DNA of 63,286 nucleotides, taken from positions 9,267,112 through 9,330,397 of the forward strand of contig NC_069010.1 of NCBI RefSeq assembly GCF_001194135.2, written 5' to 3'. Shown piece after piece: positions 62,771 to 63,286 of this stretch. Under the pieces are notes generated by a model that saw only the letters and a program-made list of their open reading frames with translations, made no database searches and had not been told where the DNA came from. The stretch comes from Octopus bimaculoides. Its lineage: Eukaryota. Every line of letters starts with the position of its first letter. The stretch's first letter is position 1. Both the position numbers and the translations under genes were made by a program.

Positions 62771-62945
62771 TACAAAGATGCACTCACACACATACACACA
62801 CACACATGTGGCTCCATTTAATTGAACAATGCAATCATTACATCAATTTAAAGGCAGGGCTATCCTCAGTTGCATAAAATAAAATAGAATTTTTTAATCA
62901 GAAAGAGGGGAGAGTAAAACAAAGGAAAGAAAAGACAGAAAGATA

Positions 62946-63160
62946 ATCCTTTCTACTATAGGCACAAGGCCTGGATTTTGCTGGGAGTGGGACGGTCAAT
63001 CACATCGACCCCAGTGCGTAACTGGTACTTAATTTATCGACTCCGAAAGGCTGAAAGGCAAAGTTGACCTTGGCGGAATTTGAACACAGAAGGTAGCAAC
63101 AGGTGAAATACCGTTAAGCATTTCGTCCAGCGGGCTAACGATTCTGCCACCTTGTTGCCT
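62946..63160 (-). mobile_element. SINE family B
   Basis: reverse complement: ggcaacaaggtggcagaatcgttagcccgctggacgaaatgcttaacggtatttc..gtgttcaaattccgcc. Confidence 0.82.
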
Positions 63161-63286
63161 TAAAGACAGGTAGATATATATAAAACAGGTGCATACCTTT
63201 GCGAGAACGGTTCCTCCTCTGTCTGAATAGAGGGCTGCAATTAAATAAAAAAGGACAATGAGTTAGGAGGTGAATCTTGAGGCTTC

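Overview
Eukaryotic, repeat-rich draft-assembly DNA with many N gaps. It is almost certainly cephalopod, and the SINE/RTE families and microsatellite load fit Octopus. Three + strand protein-coding units are supported. (1) The last 11 coding exons of neurofibromin (NF1), 175-25570. Splice phases are consistent and give 1776 nt = 591 aa + stop. (2) A divergent secreted IL-17-like cystine-knot gene whose 136-aa CDS is a single exon, 39591-40001. (3) The first two coding exons of Elongin B: an ATG-only exon end at 43427-43429 and exon 51025-51168. The remainder is tRNA-headed SINEs, 5'-truncated RTE LINE copies and fragments, L2/CR1 and Tc1 remnants, a MITE, two satellites and microsatellites. 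The most notable observations are: paired loss of a canonical disulfide in the IL-17-like protein; a triplicated acceptor plus exon start in front of the NF1 last exon; an array of TGAGT-N10-ACTCA palindromes; three long hairpins; and a 61-bp satellite whose core is stop-free in all three minus-strand frames. Most ORFs in the supplied track are artefacts of microsatellites or N gaps. Repeat boundaries are approximate, and homology calls come from recalled sequences, not database searches.
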